NCBI RefSeq assembly: GCF_009914755.1
Contig: NC_060927.1
Length of the DNA: 64,000 nucleotides
Source of the DNA: the human T2T-CHM13v2.0 reference genome, Homo sapiens
Strand: one strand, 5' to 3'
Below are positions 41,401 through 55,000 of the stretch, in pieces. The notes below the pieces were generated by a model. The model saw only the letters and a list, made by a program, of their open reading frames with translations, was not told the DNA's origin and did not search any database. The translations under genes and the position numbers were made by a program. Position 1 is the stretch's first letter. Every line of letters starts with the position of its first letter.

Positions 41401-44400
41401 ATTCACTTGGAACTTTTACAAAAAGAGTGATAGAAAACTGCTCTTTCCAAAGTAAGGTTCAACTCTGTGAGTTGAATGCACACATAACAATCAAGAAGTT
41501 TCTGAGAATTCTTCTGTCCTGGTTTATATGAACAAATCCCGTTTCCAACGAAGGCCTCAAAGACGTTTAAATATCCACTTGCAGACTTCACAAACAGAGT
41601 GTTTCCAAACTGCTCTATGAAAAGAAAGGTTAAACTCTGTGAGTTGAACGCACACATCACAAAGTAGTTTCTGAGAATGATACTGTCTAGTTTTTATACG
41701 AAGATATTTCCTTTCTACCATTGGCGTCAAAGCGCTAGAATTCTCCACTTGCAAATTCCACAAAAAGAGTGTTTCCAATCTGCTCTGTCTAAAGGAAGGT
41801 TCAACTCTGTGAGTTGAATACACACACACAAAGAAGCTACTGAGAATTCTTTTGTCAAGAATTATAAGAAGAAATCCCGTTTCCAACGAAGGCCTCAAAG
41901 AGTTCCAAATATCCACTTGCACACTGCACAAACTAAGTCTTTCCAAACTGCTCTATGCAAAGAAATGTTCAACTCTGTGAGTTTAATACACACATCACAA
42001 AGCAGTTTCTGAGAATGATACTGTCTAGTTTTTATACGAAGATATTTCCTTTTGTACCATTGGCCTCATACTGCTAGAATTTTCCACTTGCAAATTCCAC
42101 AAAAAGAGTGTTTCCAATCCGCTCTGTCTAAAGGAAGGTTCAACTCTCTGATTTGAATACATACATCCCAAAAGAAGTTACTGAGAATTCTTCTGTCTAG
42201 CATTATGTGAAGAAATCCCGTTTCCAACGAAAGCCTCAAAGAGGTCCAAATATCCAGTTGCAGAATTTACAAACTGACTGTTTCCAAACTCATCTATGAA
42301 AAGAAAGGTTAAACTCTGGGAGTTGAATGCACATATCACAAAGTAGTTCCTGAGAATGATTCTGTCTAGTTTTTATACGAAGATATTTCCTTTTCCACCA
42401 ATGGCCTCAAAGTGCTTGAAATCTCCCCTTGCAAATTCCACAGACAAGTGTTTCAAATCTGCACTGTCTAAAGGAAGGTTCAACCCTGTGAGTTGAATAC
42501 ACACACACAGAAAAAAATTCACTGAGAATTCTATTGTCTATCATTACACGAAGAAATCCCGTTTACTACGAAGGCCTCAAAGAGGTCCAAATATCCAGCT
42601 GCAGACATTACAAACTGAGTGTTTCCAAAGTGCTCTATGAAAAGAAGTGTTAAACACTGTGAGTTCAATGCACACATCCCAAAGCAGTTTCTGAGAATGA
42701 TTCCGTCTATTTTTTCTACGAAGATATTTCCTTTTCTGCCGTTGGCCTCAAAGCGCTTGAAATCTCCACTTGCAAATTCCACAAAAAGAGAGTTTCAAAT
42801 CTGCTCTGTCTAAAGGAAGGTTCAACTCTGTGAGTTGAATACACACCACAAAAAGAAGTTACTGAGAATTCTTCTGTCTAGCATTATATGAAAAATCCCG
42901 TTTCCAACGAAGGCCACAAAGAGGTCCAAATATCCACTTGCAGATTCTGCAAAAAGAGTGTTTCCAAACTGCTCTATGAAAAGAAACGTTAAACTCTGTG
43001 AGTTGAACGCAAACATCACAAAGTAGTTTCTGATAATGACTCCGTCTAGTTTTTATACGAAGATATTTCCTTTCCTACCATTCACTTCAAAGCGCTTGAA
43101 GTCTCCCCCTGAAAATTCCACAAAAAGTGTTTCCAATCTGCTCCGCCTAAAGGAAGCTTCAACTCTGTGAGTTGAATACCCACAACCCAAAGAAGTTACT
43201 GAGAATTCTTCTGTCTAGCATTATATGAAGAAATCCCGTTTCCAACGAAGGCCTCAAATACATCCAAATATCCAGTTGCTGACTTTACAAACTGAGTGTT
43301 TCCAAACTGCTCTATGAAAAGAAAGGTTAAACACTGTGAGTTGAACACACACGTACCAAAGTAGTTTCTGAGAATGATTCTGTCTAGTTTGCATACGAAG
43401 ATATTTCCTTTTCTACCAGTGGCCTCAAAGCTCTGAAATCTCCACTTGCAAATTCCACAAAAAGAGAGTTTCAAATCTGTTGTTTCTAAAGGAAAGTTCA
43501 ACTCTGAGAGTTGAATACACACCAGAAAAAGCAGTTACTGAGAAGTCTTCTGTCTAGCATTATATGAAGAAATCCCATTTCCAACGAAGACTTCAAAGAG
43601 GTCCAAATATCCACTTGCAGATTCTGCAAAAAGAGTGTTTCGAAACAACTGTATGAAAAGAAAGGTTAAACACTGTGAGTTGAACGCACACATTGCAAAG
43701 CAGTTTCTGAGAATGATTCCGTCTAATTATTATACGAAGGTATTTCCTTTTCTATCATTGGCCTCAAAGCGCTTGATACCTCCACCTGAAAATTCCACAA
43801 AAAGAGTGTTTCCAATCTACTCTGTCTAAAGGAACGTTCAACTCTGTGAGTTGAATACACACACACAGAAAGAATTCACTGAGAATTCTTCTGTCTGGCA
43901 TTACATGAAGAAATCCCGTTTCCAACGAAGGCCTCAAAGAGGTCCAAATATCCACTTGCAGATTCTGCAAAAAGAGTGTTTCAAAACCGCTCCATTAAAA
44001 GGAATGTTGAACTCTGTGAGTTGAATGCAAACATCACAACTCAGTTTCTGAGAATGCTTCTGACTAGATTTTATGGTAAGATATTTCCTTTTCTACCGTA
44101 GGCTTCAATGCCCTCTAAATACACCCTTGCAAATTCTACAAAGAGACTGTTTCATAACTGCTCTATAGGAAGAAAGGTTCAACTCTGTGAGTTGAATGCA
44201 GAGATCACAACGTGGTTTCTGCGAATGATTCTTTGTAGTTTTTACATGAAGATATTTCGTTGTCAACCGTAGGCTTCAAAGCACTCAAAGTATTCACTTG
44301 GAACTTTTACAAAAAGAGTGATAGAAAACTGCTCTTTCCAAAGTAAGGTTCAACTCTGTGAGTTGAATGCACACATAACAATCAAGAAGTTTCTGAGAAT

Positions 44401-46254
44401 TCTTCTGTCCTGGTTTATATGAACAAATCCCGTTTCCAACGAAGGCCTCAAAGACGTTTAAATATCCACTTGCAGACTTCACAAACAGAGTGTTTCCAAA
44501 CTGCTCTATGAAAAGAAAGGTTAAACTCTGTGAGTTGAACGCACACATCACAAAGTAGTTTCTGAGAATGATACTGTCTAGTTTTTATACGAAGATATTT
44601 CCTTTCTACCATTGGCGTCAAAGCGCTAGAATTCTCCACTTGCAAATTCCACAAAAAGAGTGTTTCCAATCTGCTCTGTCTAAAGGAAGGTTCAACTCTG
44701 TGAGTTGAATACACACACACAAAGAAGCTACTGAGAATTCTTTTGTCAAGAATTATAAGAAGAAATCCCGTTTCCAACGAAGGCCTCAAAGAGTTCCAAA
44801 TATCCACTTGCACACTGCACAAACTAAGTCTTTCCAAACTGCTCTATGCAAAGAAATGTTCAACTCTGTGAGTTTAATACACACATCACAAAGCAGTTTC
44901 TGAGAATGATACTGTCTAGTTTTTATACGAAGATATTTCCTTTTGTACCATTGGCCTCATACTGCTAGAATTTTCCACTTGCAAATTCCACAAAAAGAGT
45001 GTTTCCAATCCGCTCTGTCTAAAGGAAGGTTCAACTCTCTGATTTGAATACATACATCCCAAAAGAAGTTACTGAGAATTCTTCTGTCTAGCATTATGTG
45101 AAGAAATCCCGTTTCCAACGAAAGCCTCAAAGAGGTCCAAATATCCAGTTGCAGAATTTACAAACTGACTGTTTCCAAACTCATCTATGAAAAGAAAGGT
45201 TAAACTCTGGGAGTTGAATGCACATATCACAAAGTAGTTCCTGAGAATGATTCTGTCTAGTTTTTATACGAAGATATTTCCTTTTCCACCAATGGCCTCA
45301 AAGTGCTTGAAATCTCCCCTTGCAAATTCCACAGACAAGTGTTTCAAATCTGCACTGTCTAAAGGAAGGTTCAACCCTGTGAGTTGAATACACACACACA
45401 GAAAAAAATTCACTGAGAATTCTATTGTCTATCATTACACGAAGAAATCCCGTTTACTACGAAGGCCTCAAAGAGGTCCAAATATCCAGCTGCAGACATT
45501 ACAAACTGAGTGTTTCCAAAGTGCTCTATGAAAAGAAGTGTTAAACACTGTGAGTTCAATGCACACATCCCAAAGCAGTTTCTGAGAATGATTCCGTCTA
45601 TTTTTTCTACGAAGATATTTCCTTTTCTGCCGTTGGCCTCAAAGCGCTTGAAATCTCCACTTGCAAATTCCACAAAAAGAGAGTTTCAAATCTGCTCTGT
45701 CTAAAGGAAGGTTCAACTCTGTGAGTTGAATACACACCACAAAAAGAAGTTACTGAGAATTCTTCTGTCTAGCATTATATGAAAAATCCCGTTTCCAACG
45801 AAGGCCACAAAGAGGTCCAAATATCCACTTGCAGATTCTGCAAAAAGAGTGTTTCCAAACTGCTCTATGAAAAGAAACGTTAAACTCTGTGAGTTGAACG
45901 CAAACATCACAAAGTAGTTTCTGAGAATGACTCCGTCTAGTTTTTATACGAAGATATTTCCTTTCCTACCATTCACTTCAAAGCGCTTGAAGTCTCCCCC
46001 TGAAAATTCCACAAAAAGTGTTTCCAATCTGCTCCGCCTAAAGGAAGCTTCAACTCTGTGAGTTGAATACCCACAACCCAAAGAAGTTACTGAGAATTCT
46101 TCTGTCTAGCATTATATGAAGAAATCCCGTTTCCAACGAAGGCCTCAAATACACCCAAATATCCAGTTGCTGACTTTACAAACTGAGTGTTTCCAAACTG
46201 CTCTATGAAAAGAAAGGTTAAACACTGTGAGTTGAACACACACGTACCAAAGTA

Positions 46255-49200
46255 GTTTCTGAGAATGATTCTGTCTAGTTTGCATACGAAGATATTTCCT
46301 TTTCTACCATTGGCCTCAAAGCTCTGAAATCTCCACTTGCAAATTCCACAAAAAGAGAGTTTCAAATCTGCTGTTTCTAAAGGAAAGTTCAACTCTGAGA
46401 GTTGAATACACACCAGAAAAAGCAGTTACTGAGAAGTCTTCTGTCTAGCATTATATGAAGAAATCCCATTTCCAACGAAGACTTCAAAGAGGTCCAAATA
46501 TCCACTTGCAGATTCTGCAAAAAGAGTGTTTCGAAACAACTGTATGAAAAGAAAGGTTAAACACTGTGAGTTGAACGCACACATTGCAAAGCAGTTTCTG
46601 AGAATGATTCCGTCTAATTATTATACGAAGGTATTTCCTTTTCTATCATTGGCCTCAAAGCGCTTGATACCTCCACCTGAAAATTCCACAAAAAGAGTGT
46701 TTCCAATCTACTCTGTCTAAAGGAACGTTCAACTCTGTGAGTTGAATACACACACACAGAAAGAATTCACTGAGAATTCTTCTGTCTGGCATTACATGAA
46801 GAAATCCCGTTTCCAACGAAGGCCTCAAAGAGGTCCAAATATCCACTTGCAGATTCTGCAAAAAGAGTGTTTCAAAACCGCTCCATTAAAAGGAATGTTG
46901 AACTCTGTGAGTTGAATGCAAACATCACAACTCAGTTTCTGAGAATGCTTCTGACTAGATTTTATGGTAAGATATTTCCTTTTCTACCGTAGGCTTCAAT
47001 GCCCTCTAAATACACCCTTGCAAATTCTACAAAGAGACTGTTTCATAACTGCTCTATAGGAAGAAAGGTTCAACTCTGTGAGTTGAATGCAGAGATCACA
47101 ACGTGGTTTCTGCGAATGATTCTTTGTAGTTTTTACATGAAGATATTTCGTTGTCAACCGTAGGCTTCAAAGCACTCAAAGTATTCACTTGGAACTTTTA
47201 CAAAAAGAGTGTTAGAAAACTGCTCTTTCCAAAGTAAGGTTCAACTCTGTGAGTTGAATGCACACATAACAATCAAGAAGTTTCTGAGAATTCTTCTGTC
47301 CTGGTTTATATGAACAAATCCCGTTTCCAACAAAGGCCTCAAAGACGTTTAAATATCCACTTGCAGACTTCACAAACAGAGTGTTTCCAAACTGCTCTAT
47401 GAAAAGAAAGGTTAAACTCTGTGAGTTGAACGCACACATCACAAAGTAGTTTCTGAGAATGATACTGTCTAGTTTTTATACGAAGATATTTCCTTTCTAC
47501 CATTGGCGTCAAAGCGCTAGAATTCTTCACTTGCAAATTCCACAAAAAGAGTGTTTCCAATCTGCTCTGTCTAAAGGAAGGTTCAACTCTGTGAGTTGAA
47601 TACACACACACAAAGAAGCTACTGAGAATTCTTTTGTCAAGAATTAAAAGAAGAAATCCCGTTTCCAACGAAGGCCTCAAAGAGTTCCAAATATCCACTT
47701 GCACACTGCACAAACTAAGTCTTTCCAAACTGCTCTATGCAAAGAATTGTTCAACTCTGTGAGTTTAATACACACATCACAAAGCAGTTTCTGAGAATGA
47801 TACTGTCTAGTTTTTATACGAAGATATTTCCTTTTGTACCATTGGCCTCATACTGCTAGAATTTTCCACTTGCAAATTCCACAAAAAGAGTGTTTCCAAT
47901 CCGCTCTGTCTAAAGGAAGGTTCAACTCTCTGATTTGAATACATACATCCCAAAAGAAGTTACTGAGAATTCTTCTGTCTAGCATTATGTGAAGAAATCC
48001 CGTTTCCAACGAAAGCCTCAAAGAGGTCCAAATATCCAGTTGCAGAATTTACAAACTGTTTCCAAACTCATCTATGAAAAGAAAGGTTAAACTCTGTGAG
48101 TTGAATGCACATATCACAAAGTAGTTCCTGAGAATGATTCTGTCTAGTTTTTATACGAAGATATTTCCTTTTCCACCAATGGCCTCAAAGTGCTTGAAAT
48201 CTCCCCTTGCAAATTCCACAGACAAGTGTTTCAAATCTGCACTGTCTAAAGGAAGGTTCAACCCTGTGAGTTGAATACACACACACAGGAAAAAATTCAC
48301 TGAGAATTCTATTGTCTATCATTACACGAAGAAATCCCGTTTACTACGAAGGCCTCAAAGAGGTCCAAATATCCAGCTGCAGACATTACAAACTGAGTGT
48401 TTCCAAAGTGCTCTATGAAAAGAAGTGTTAAACACTGTGAGTTCAATGCACACATCCCAAAGCAGTTTCTGAGAATGATTCCGTCTATTTTTTCTACGAA
48501 GATATTTCCTTTTCTACCGTTGGCCTCAAAGCGCTTGAAATCTCCACTTGCAAATTCCACAAAAAGAGAGTTTCAAATCTGCTCTGTCTAAAGGAAGGTT
48601 CAACTCTGTGAGTTGAATACACACCACAAAAAGAAGTTACTGAGAATTCTTCTGTCTAGCATTATATGAAAAATCCCGTTTCCAACGAAGGCCACAAAGA
48701 GGTCCAAATATCCACTTGCAGATTCTGCAAAAAGAGTGTTTCCAAACTGCTCTATGAAAAGAAACGTTAAACTCTGTGAGTTGAACGCAATCATCACAAA
48801 GTAGTTTCTGAGAATGACTCCGTCTAGTTTTTATACGAAGATATTTCCTTTCCTACCATTCACTTCAAAGCGCTTGAAGTCTCCCCCTGAAAATTCCACA
48901 AAAAGTGTTTCCAATCTGCTCCGCCTAAAGGAAGCTTCAACTCTGTGAGTTGAATACCCACAACCCAAAGAAGTTACTGAGAATTCTTCTGTCTAGCATT
49001 ATATGAAGAAATCCCGTTTCCAACGAAGGCCTCAAATACACCCAAATATCCAGTTGCTGACTTTACAAACTGAGTGTTTCCAAACTGCTCTATGAAAAGA
49101 AAGGTTAACACTGTGAGTTGAACACACACGTACCAAAGTAGTTTCTGAGAATGATTCTGTCTAGTTTGCATACGAAGATATTTCCTTTTCTACCATTGGC

Positions 49201-52026
49201 CTCAAAGCTCTGAAATCTCCACTTGCAAATTCCACAAAAAGAGAGTTTCAAATCTGCTGTTTCTAAAGGAAAGTTCAACTCTGAGAGTTGAATACACACC
49301 AGAAAAAGCAGTTACTGAGAAGTCTTCTGTCTAGCATTATATGAAGAAATCCCATTTCCAACGAAGACTTCAAAGAGGTCCAAATATCCACTTGCAGATT
49401 CTGCAAAAAGAGTGTTTCGAAACAACTGTATGAAAAGAAAGGTTAAACACTGTGAGTTGAACGCACACATTGCAAAGCAGTTTCTGAGAATGATTCCGTC
49501 TAATTATTATACGAAGGTATTTCCTTTTCTATCATTGGCCTCAAAGCGCTTGATACCTCCACCTGAATATTCCACAAAAAGAGTGTTTCCAATCTACTCT
49601 GTCTAAAGGAACGTTCAACTCTGTGAGTTGAATACACACACACAGAAAGAATTCACTGAGAATTCTTCTGTCTGGCATTACATGAAGAAATCCCGTTTCC
49701 AACGAAGGCCTCAAAGAGGTCCAAATATCCACTTGCAGATTCTGCAAAAAGAGTGTTACAAAACCGCTCCATTAAAAGGAATGTTGAACTTTGTGAGTTG
49801 AATGCAAACATCACAACTCAGTTTCTGAGAATGCTTCTGACTAGATTTTATGGTAAGATATTTCCTTTTCTACCGTAGGCTTCAATGCCCTCTAAATACA
49901 CCCTTGCAAATTCTACAAAGAGACTGTTTCATAACTGCTCTATAGGAAGAAAGGTTCAACTCTGTGAGTTGAATGCAGAGATCACAACGTGGTTTCTGCG
50001 AATGATTCTTTGTAGTTTTTACATGAAGATATTTCGTTGTCAACCGTAGGCTTCAAAGCACTCAAAGTATTCACTTGGAACTTTTACAAAAAGAGTGTTA
50101 GAAAACTGCTCTTTCCAAAGTAAGGTTCAACTCTGTGAGTTGAATGCACACATAACAATCAAGAAGTTTCTGAGAATTCTTCTGTCCTGGTTTATATGAA
50201 CAAATCCCGTTTCCAACAAAGGCCTCAAAGACGTTTAAATATCCACTTGCAGACTTCACAAACAGAGTGTTTCCAAACTGCTCTATGAAAAGAAAGGTTA
50301 AACTCTGTGAGTTGAACGCACACATCACAAAGTAGTTTCTGAGAATGATACTGTCTAGTTTTTATACGAAGATATTTCCTTTCTACCATTGGCGTCAAAG
50401 CGCTAGAATTCTTCACTTGCAAATTCCACAAAAAGAGTGTTTCCAATCTGCTCTGTCTAAAGGAAGGTTCAACTCTGTGAGTTGAATACACACACACAAA
50501 GAAGCTACTGAGAATTCTTTTGTCAAGAATTAAAAGAAGAAATCCCGTTTCCAACGAAGGCCTCAAAGAGTTCCAAATATCCACTTGCACACTGCACAAA
50601 CTAAGTCTTTCCAAACTGCTCTATGCAAAGAATTGTTCAACTCTGTGAGTTTAATACACACATCACAAAGCAGTTTCTGAGAATGATACTGTCTAGTTTT
50701 TATACGAAGATATTTCCTTTTGTACCATTGGCCTCATACTGCTAGAATTTTCCACTTGCAAATTCCACAAAAAGAGTGTTTCCAATCCGCTCTGTCTAAA
50801 GGAAGGTTCAACTCTCTGATTTGAATACATACATCCCAAAAGAAGTTACTGAGAATTCTTCTGTCTAGCATTATGTGAAGAAATCCCGTTTCCAACGAAA
50901 GCCTCAAAGAGGTCCAAATATCCAGTTGCAGAATTTACAAACTGTTTCCAAACTCATCTATGAAAAGAAAGGTTAAACTCTGTGAGTTGAATGCACATAT
51001 CACAAAGTAGTTCCTGAGAATGATTCTGTCTAGTTTTTATACGAAGATATTTCCTTTTCCACCAATGGCCTCAAAGTGCTTGAAATCTCCCCTTGCAAAT
51101 TCCACAGACAAGTGTTTCAAATCTGCACTGTCTAAAGGAAGGTTCAACCCTGTGAGTTGAATACACACACACAGGAAAAAATTCACTGAGAATTCTATTG
51201 TCTATCATTACACGAAGAAATCCCGTTTACTACGAAGGCCTCAAAGAGGTCCAAATATCCAGCTGCAGACATTACAAACTGAGTGTTTCCAAAGTGCTCT
51301 ATGAAAAGAAGTGTTAAACACTGTGAGTTCAATGCACACATCCCAAAGCAGTTTCTGAGAATGATTCCGTCTATTTTTTCTACGAAGATATTTCCTTTTC
51401 TACCGTTGGCCTCAAAGCGCTTGAAATCTCCACTTGCAAATTCCACAAAAAGAGAGTTTCAAATCTGCTCTGTCTAAAGGAAGGTTCAACTCTGTGAGTT
51501 GAATACACACCACAAAAAGAAGTTACTGAGAATTCTTCTGTCTAGCATTATATGAAAAATCCCGTTTCCAACGAAGGCCACAAAGAGGTCCAAATATCCA
51601 CTTGCAGATTCTGCAAAAAGAGTGTTTCCAAACTGCTCTATGAAAAGAAACGTTAAACTCTGTGAGTTGAACGCAATCATCACAAAGTAGTTTCTGAGAA
51701 TGACTCCGTCTAGTTTTTATACGAAGATATTTCCTTTCCTACCATTCACTTCAAAGCGCTTGAAGTCTCCCCCTGAAAATTCCACAAAAAGTGTTTCCAA
51801 TCTGCTCCGCCTAAAGGAAGCTTCAACTCTGTGAGTTGAATACCCACAACCCAAAGAAGTTACTGAGAATTCTTCTGTCTAGCATTATATGAAGAAATCC
51901 CGTTTCCAACGAAGGCCTCAAATACATCCAAATATCCAGTTGCTGACTTTACAAACTGAGTGTTTCCAAACTGCTCTATGAAAAGAAAGGTTAACACTGT
52001 GAGTTGAACACACACGTACCAAAGTA
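46255..52026 (-). repeat. Two tandem 2886-bp HOR variants H17/H18 (4-bp + 1-bp deletions)
   Basis: ACTGACTG>ACTG at ~48055 and ~50941; GGTTAAACAC>GGTTAACAC at ~49107 and ~51993. ORF starts 46526, 49412 and 52298 give a period of 2886. Confidence 0.92.
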
Positions 52027-55000
52027 GTTTCTGAGAATGATTCTGTCTAGTTTGCATACGAAGATATTTCCTTTTCTACCATTGGCCTCAAAGCTCTGAA
52101 ATCTCCACTTGCAAATTCCACAAAAAGAGAGTTTCAAATCTGCTGTTTCTAAAGGAAAGTTCAACTCTGAGAGTTGAATACACACCAGAAAAAGCAGTTA
52201 CTGAGAAGTCTTCTGTCTAGCATTATATGAAGAAATCCCATTTCCAACGAAGACTTCAAAGAGGTCCAAATATCCACTTGCAGATTCTGCAAAAAGAGTG
52301 TTTCGAAACAACTGTATGAAAAGAAAGGTTAAACACTGTGAGTTGAACGCACACATTGCAAAGCAGTTTCTGAGAATGATTCCGTCTAATTATTATACGA
52401 AGGTATTTCCTTTTCTATCATTGGCCCCAAAGCGCTTGATACCTCCACCTGAAAATTCCACAAAAAGAGTGTTTCCAATCTGCTCTGTCTAAAGGAACGT
52501 TCAACTCTCTGAGTTGAATACACACACACAGAAAGAATTCACTGAGAATTCTTCTGTCTGGCATTACATGAAGAAATCCCGTTTCCAACGAAGGCCTCAA
52601 AGAGGTCCAAATATCCACTTGCAGATTCTGCAAAAAGAGTGTTTCAAAACCGCTCCATTAAAAGGAATGTTGAACTCTGTGAGTTGAATGCAAACATCAC
52701 AACTCAGTTTCTGAGAATGCTTCTGACTAGATTTTATGGTAAGATATTTCCTTTTCTACCGTAGGCTTCAATGTCCTCTAAATACACCCTTGCAAATTCT
52801 ACAAAGAGACTGTTTCATAACTGCTCTATAGGAAGAAAGGTTCAACTCTGTGAGTTGAATGCAGAGATCACAACGTGGTTTCTGCGAATGATTCTTTGTA
52901 GTTTTTACATGAAGATATTTCGTTGTCAACCGTAGGCTTCAAAGCACTCAAAGTATTCACTTGGAACTTTTACAAAAAGAGTGTTAGAAAACTGCTCTTT
53001 CCAAAGTAAGGTTCAACTCTGTGAGTTGAATGCACACATAACAATCAAGAAGTTTCTGAGAATTCTTCTGTCCTGGTTTATATGAACAAATCCCGTTTCC
53101 AACGAAGGCCTCAAAGACGTTTAAATATCCACTTGCAGACTTCACAAACAGAGTGTTTCCAAACTGCTCTATGAAAAGAAAGGTTAAACTCTGTGAGTTG
53201 AACGCACACATCACAAAGTAGTTTCTGAGAATGATACTGTCTAGTTTTTATACGAAGATATTTCCTTTCTACCATTGGCGTCAAAGCGCTAGAATTCTCC
53301 ACTTGCAAATTCCACAAAAAGAGTGTTTCCAATCTGCTCTGTCTAAAGGAAGGTTCAACTCTGTGAGTTGAATACACACACACAAAGAAGCTACTGAGAA
53401 TTCTTTTGTCAAGAATTATAAGAAGAAATCCCGTTTCCAACGAAGGCCTCAAAGAGTTCCAAATATCCACTTGCACACTGCACAAACTAAGTCTTTCCAA
53501 ACTGCTCTATGCAAAGAAATGTTCAACTCTGTGAGTTTAATACACACATCACAAAGCAGTTTCTGAGAATGATACTGTCTAGTTTTTATACGAAGATATT
53601 TCCTTTTGTACCATTGGCCTCATACTGCTAGAATTTTCCACTTGCAAATTCCACAAAAAGAGTGTTTCCAATCCGCTCTGTCTAAAGGAAGGTTCAACTC
53701 TCTGATTTGAATACATACATCCCAAAAGAAGTTACTGAGAATTCTTCTGTCTAGCATTATGTGAAGAAATCCCGTTTCCAACGAAAGCCTCAAAGAGGTC
53801 CAAATATCCAGTTGCAGAATTTACAAACTGACTGTTTCCAAACTCATCTATGAAAAGAAAGGTTAAACTCTGGGAGTTGAATGCACATATCACAAAGTAG
53901 TTCCTGAGAATGATTCTGTCTAGTTTTTATACGAAGATATTTCCTTTTCCACCAATGGCCTCAAAGTGCTTGAAATCTCCCCTTGCAAATTCCACAGACA
54001 AGTGTTTCAAATCTGCACTGTCTAAAGGAAGGTTCAACCCTGTGAGTTGAATACACACACACAGAAAAAAATTCACTGAGAATTCTATTGTCTATCATTA
54101 CACGAAGAAATCCCGTTTACTACGAAGGCCTCAAAGAGGTCCAAATATCCAGCTGCAGACATTACAAACTGAGTGTTTCCAAAGTGCTCTATGAAAAGAA
54201 GTGTTAAACACTGTGAGTTCAATGCACACATCCCAAAGCAGTTTCTGAGAATGATTCCGTCTATTTTTTCTACGAAGATATTTCCTTTTCTGCCGTTGGC
54301 CTCAAAGCACTTGAAATCTCCACTTGCAAATTCCACAAAAAGAGAGTTTCAAATCTGCTCTGTCTAAAGGAAGGTTCAACTCTGTGAGTTGAATACACAC
54401 CACAAAAAGAAGTTACTGAGAATTCTTCTGTCTAGCATTATATGAAAAATCCCGTTTCCAACGAAGGCCACAAAGAGGTCCAAATATCCACTTGCAGATT
54501 CTGCAAAAAGAGTGTTTCCAAACTGCTCTATGAAAAGAAACGTTAAACTCTGTGAGTTGAACGCAAACATCACAAAGTAGTTTCTGAGAATGACTCCGTC
54601 TAGTTTTTATACGAAGATATTTCCTTTTCTACTGTTGGCCTCAAAGCGCTTGAAGTCTCCCACTGAAAATTCCACAAAAAGTGTTTCCAATCTGCTCCGC
54701 CTAAAGGAAGCTTCAACTCTGTGAGTTGAATACCCACAGCCCAAAGAAGTTACTGAGAATTCTTCTGTCTAGCATTATATGAAGAAATCCCGTTTCCAAC
54801 GAAGGCCTCAAATACATCCAAATATCCAGTTGCTGACTTTACAAACTGAGTGTTTCCAAACTGCTCTATGAAAAGAAAGGTTAAACACTGTGAGTTGAAC
54901 ACACACGTACCAAAGTAGTTTCTGAGAATGATTCTGTCTAGTTTGCATACGAAGATATTTCCTTTTCTACCATTGGCCTCAAAGCTCTGAAATCTCCACT

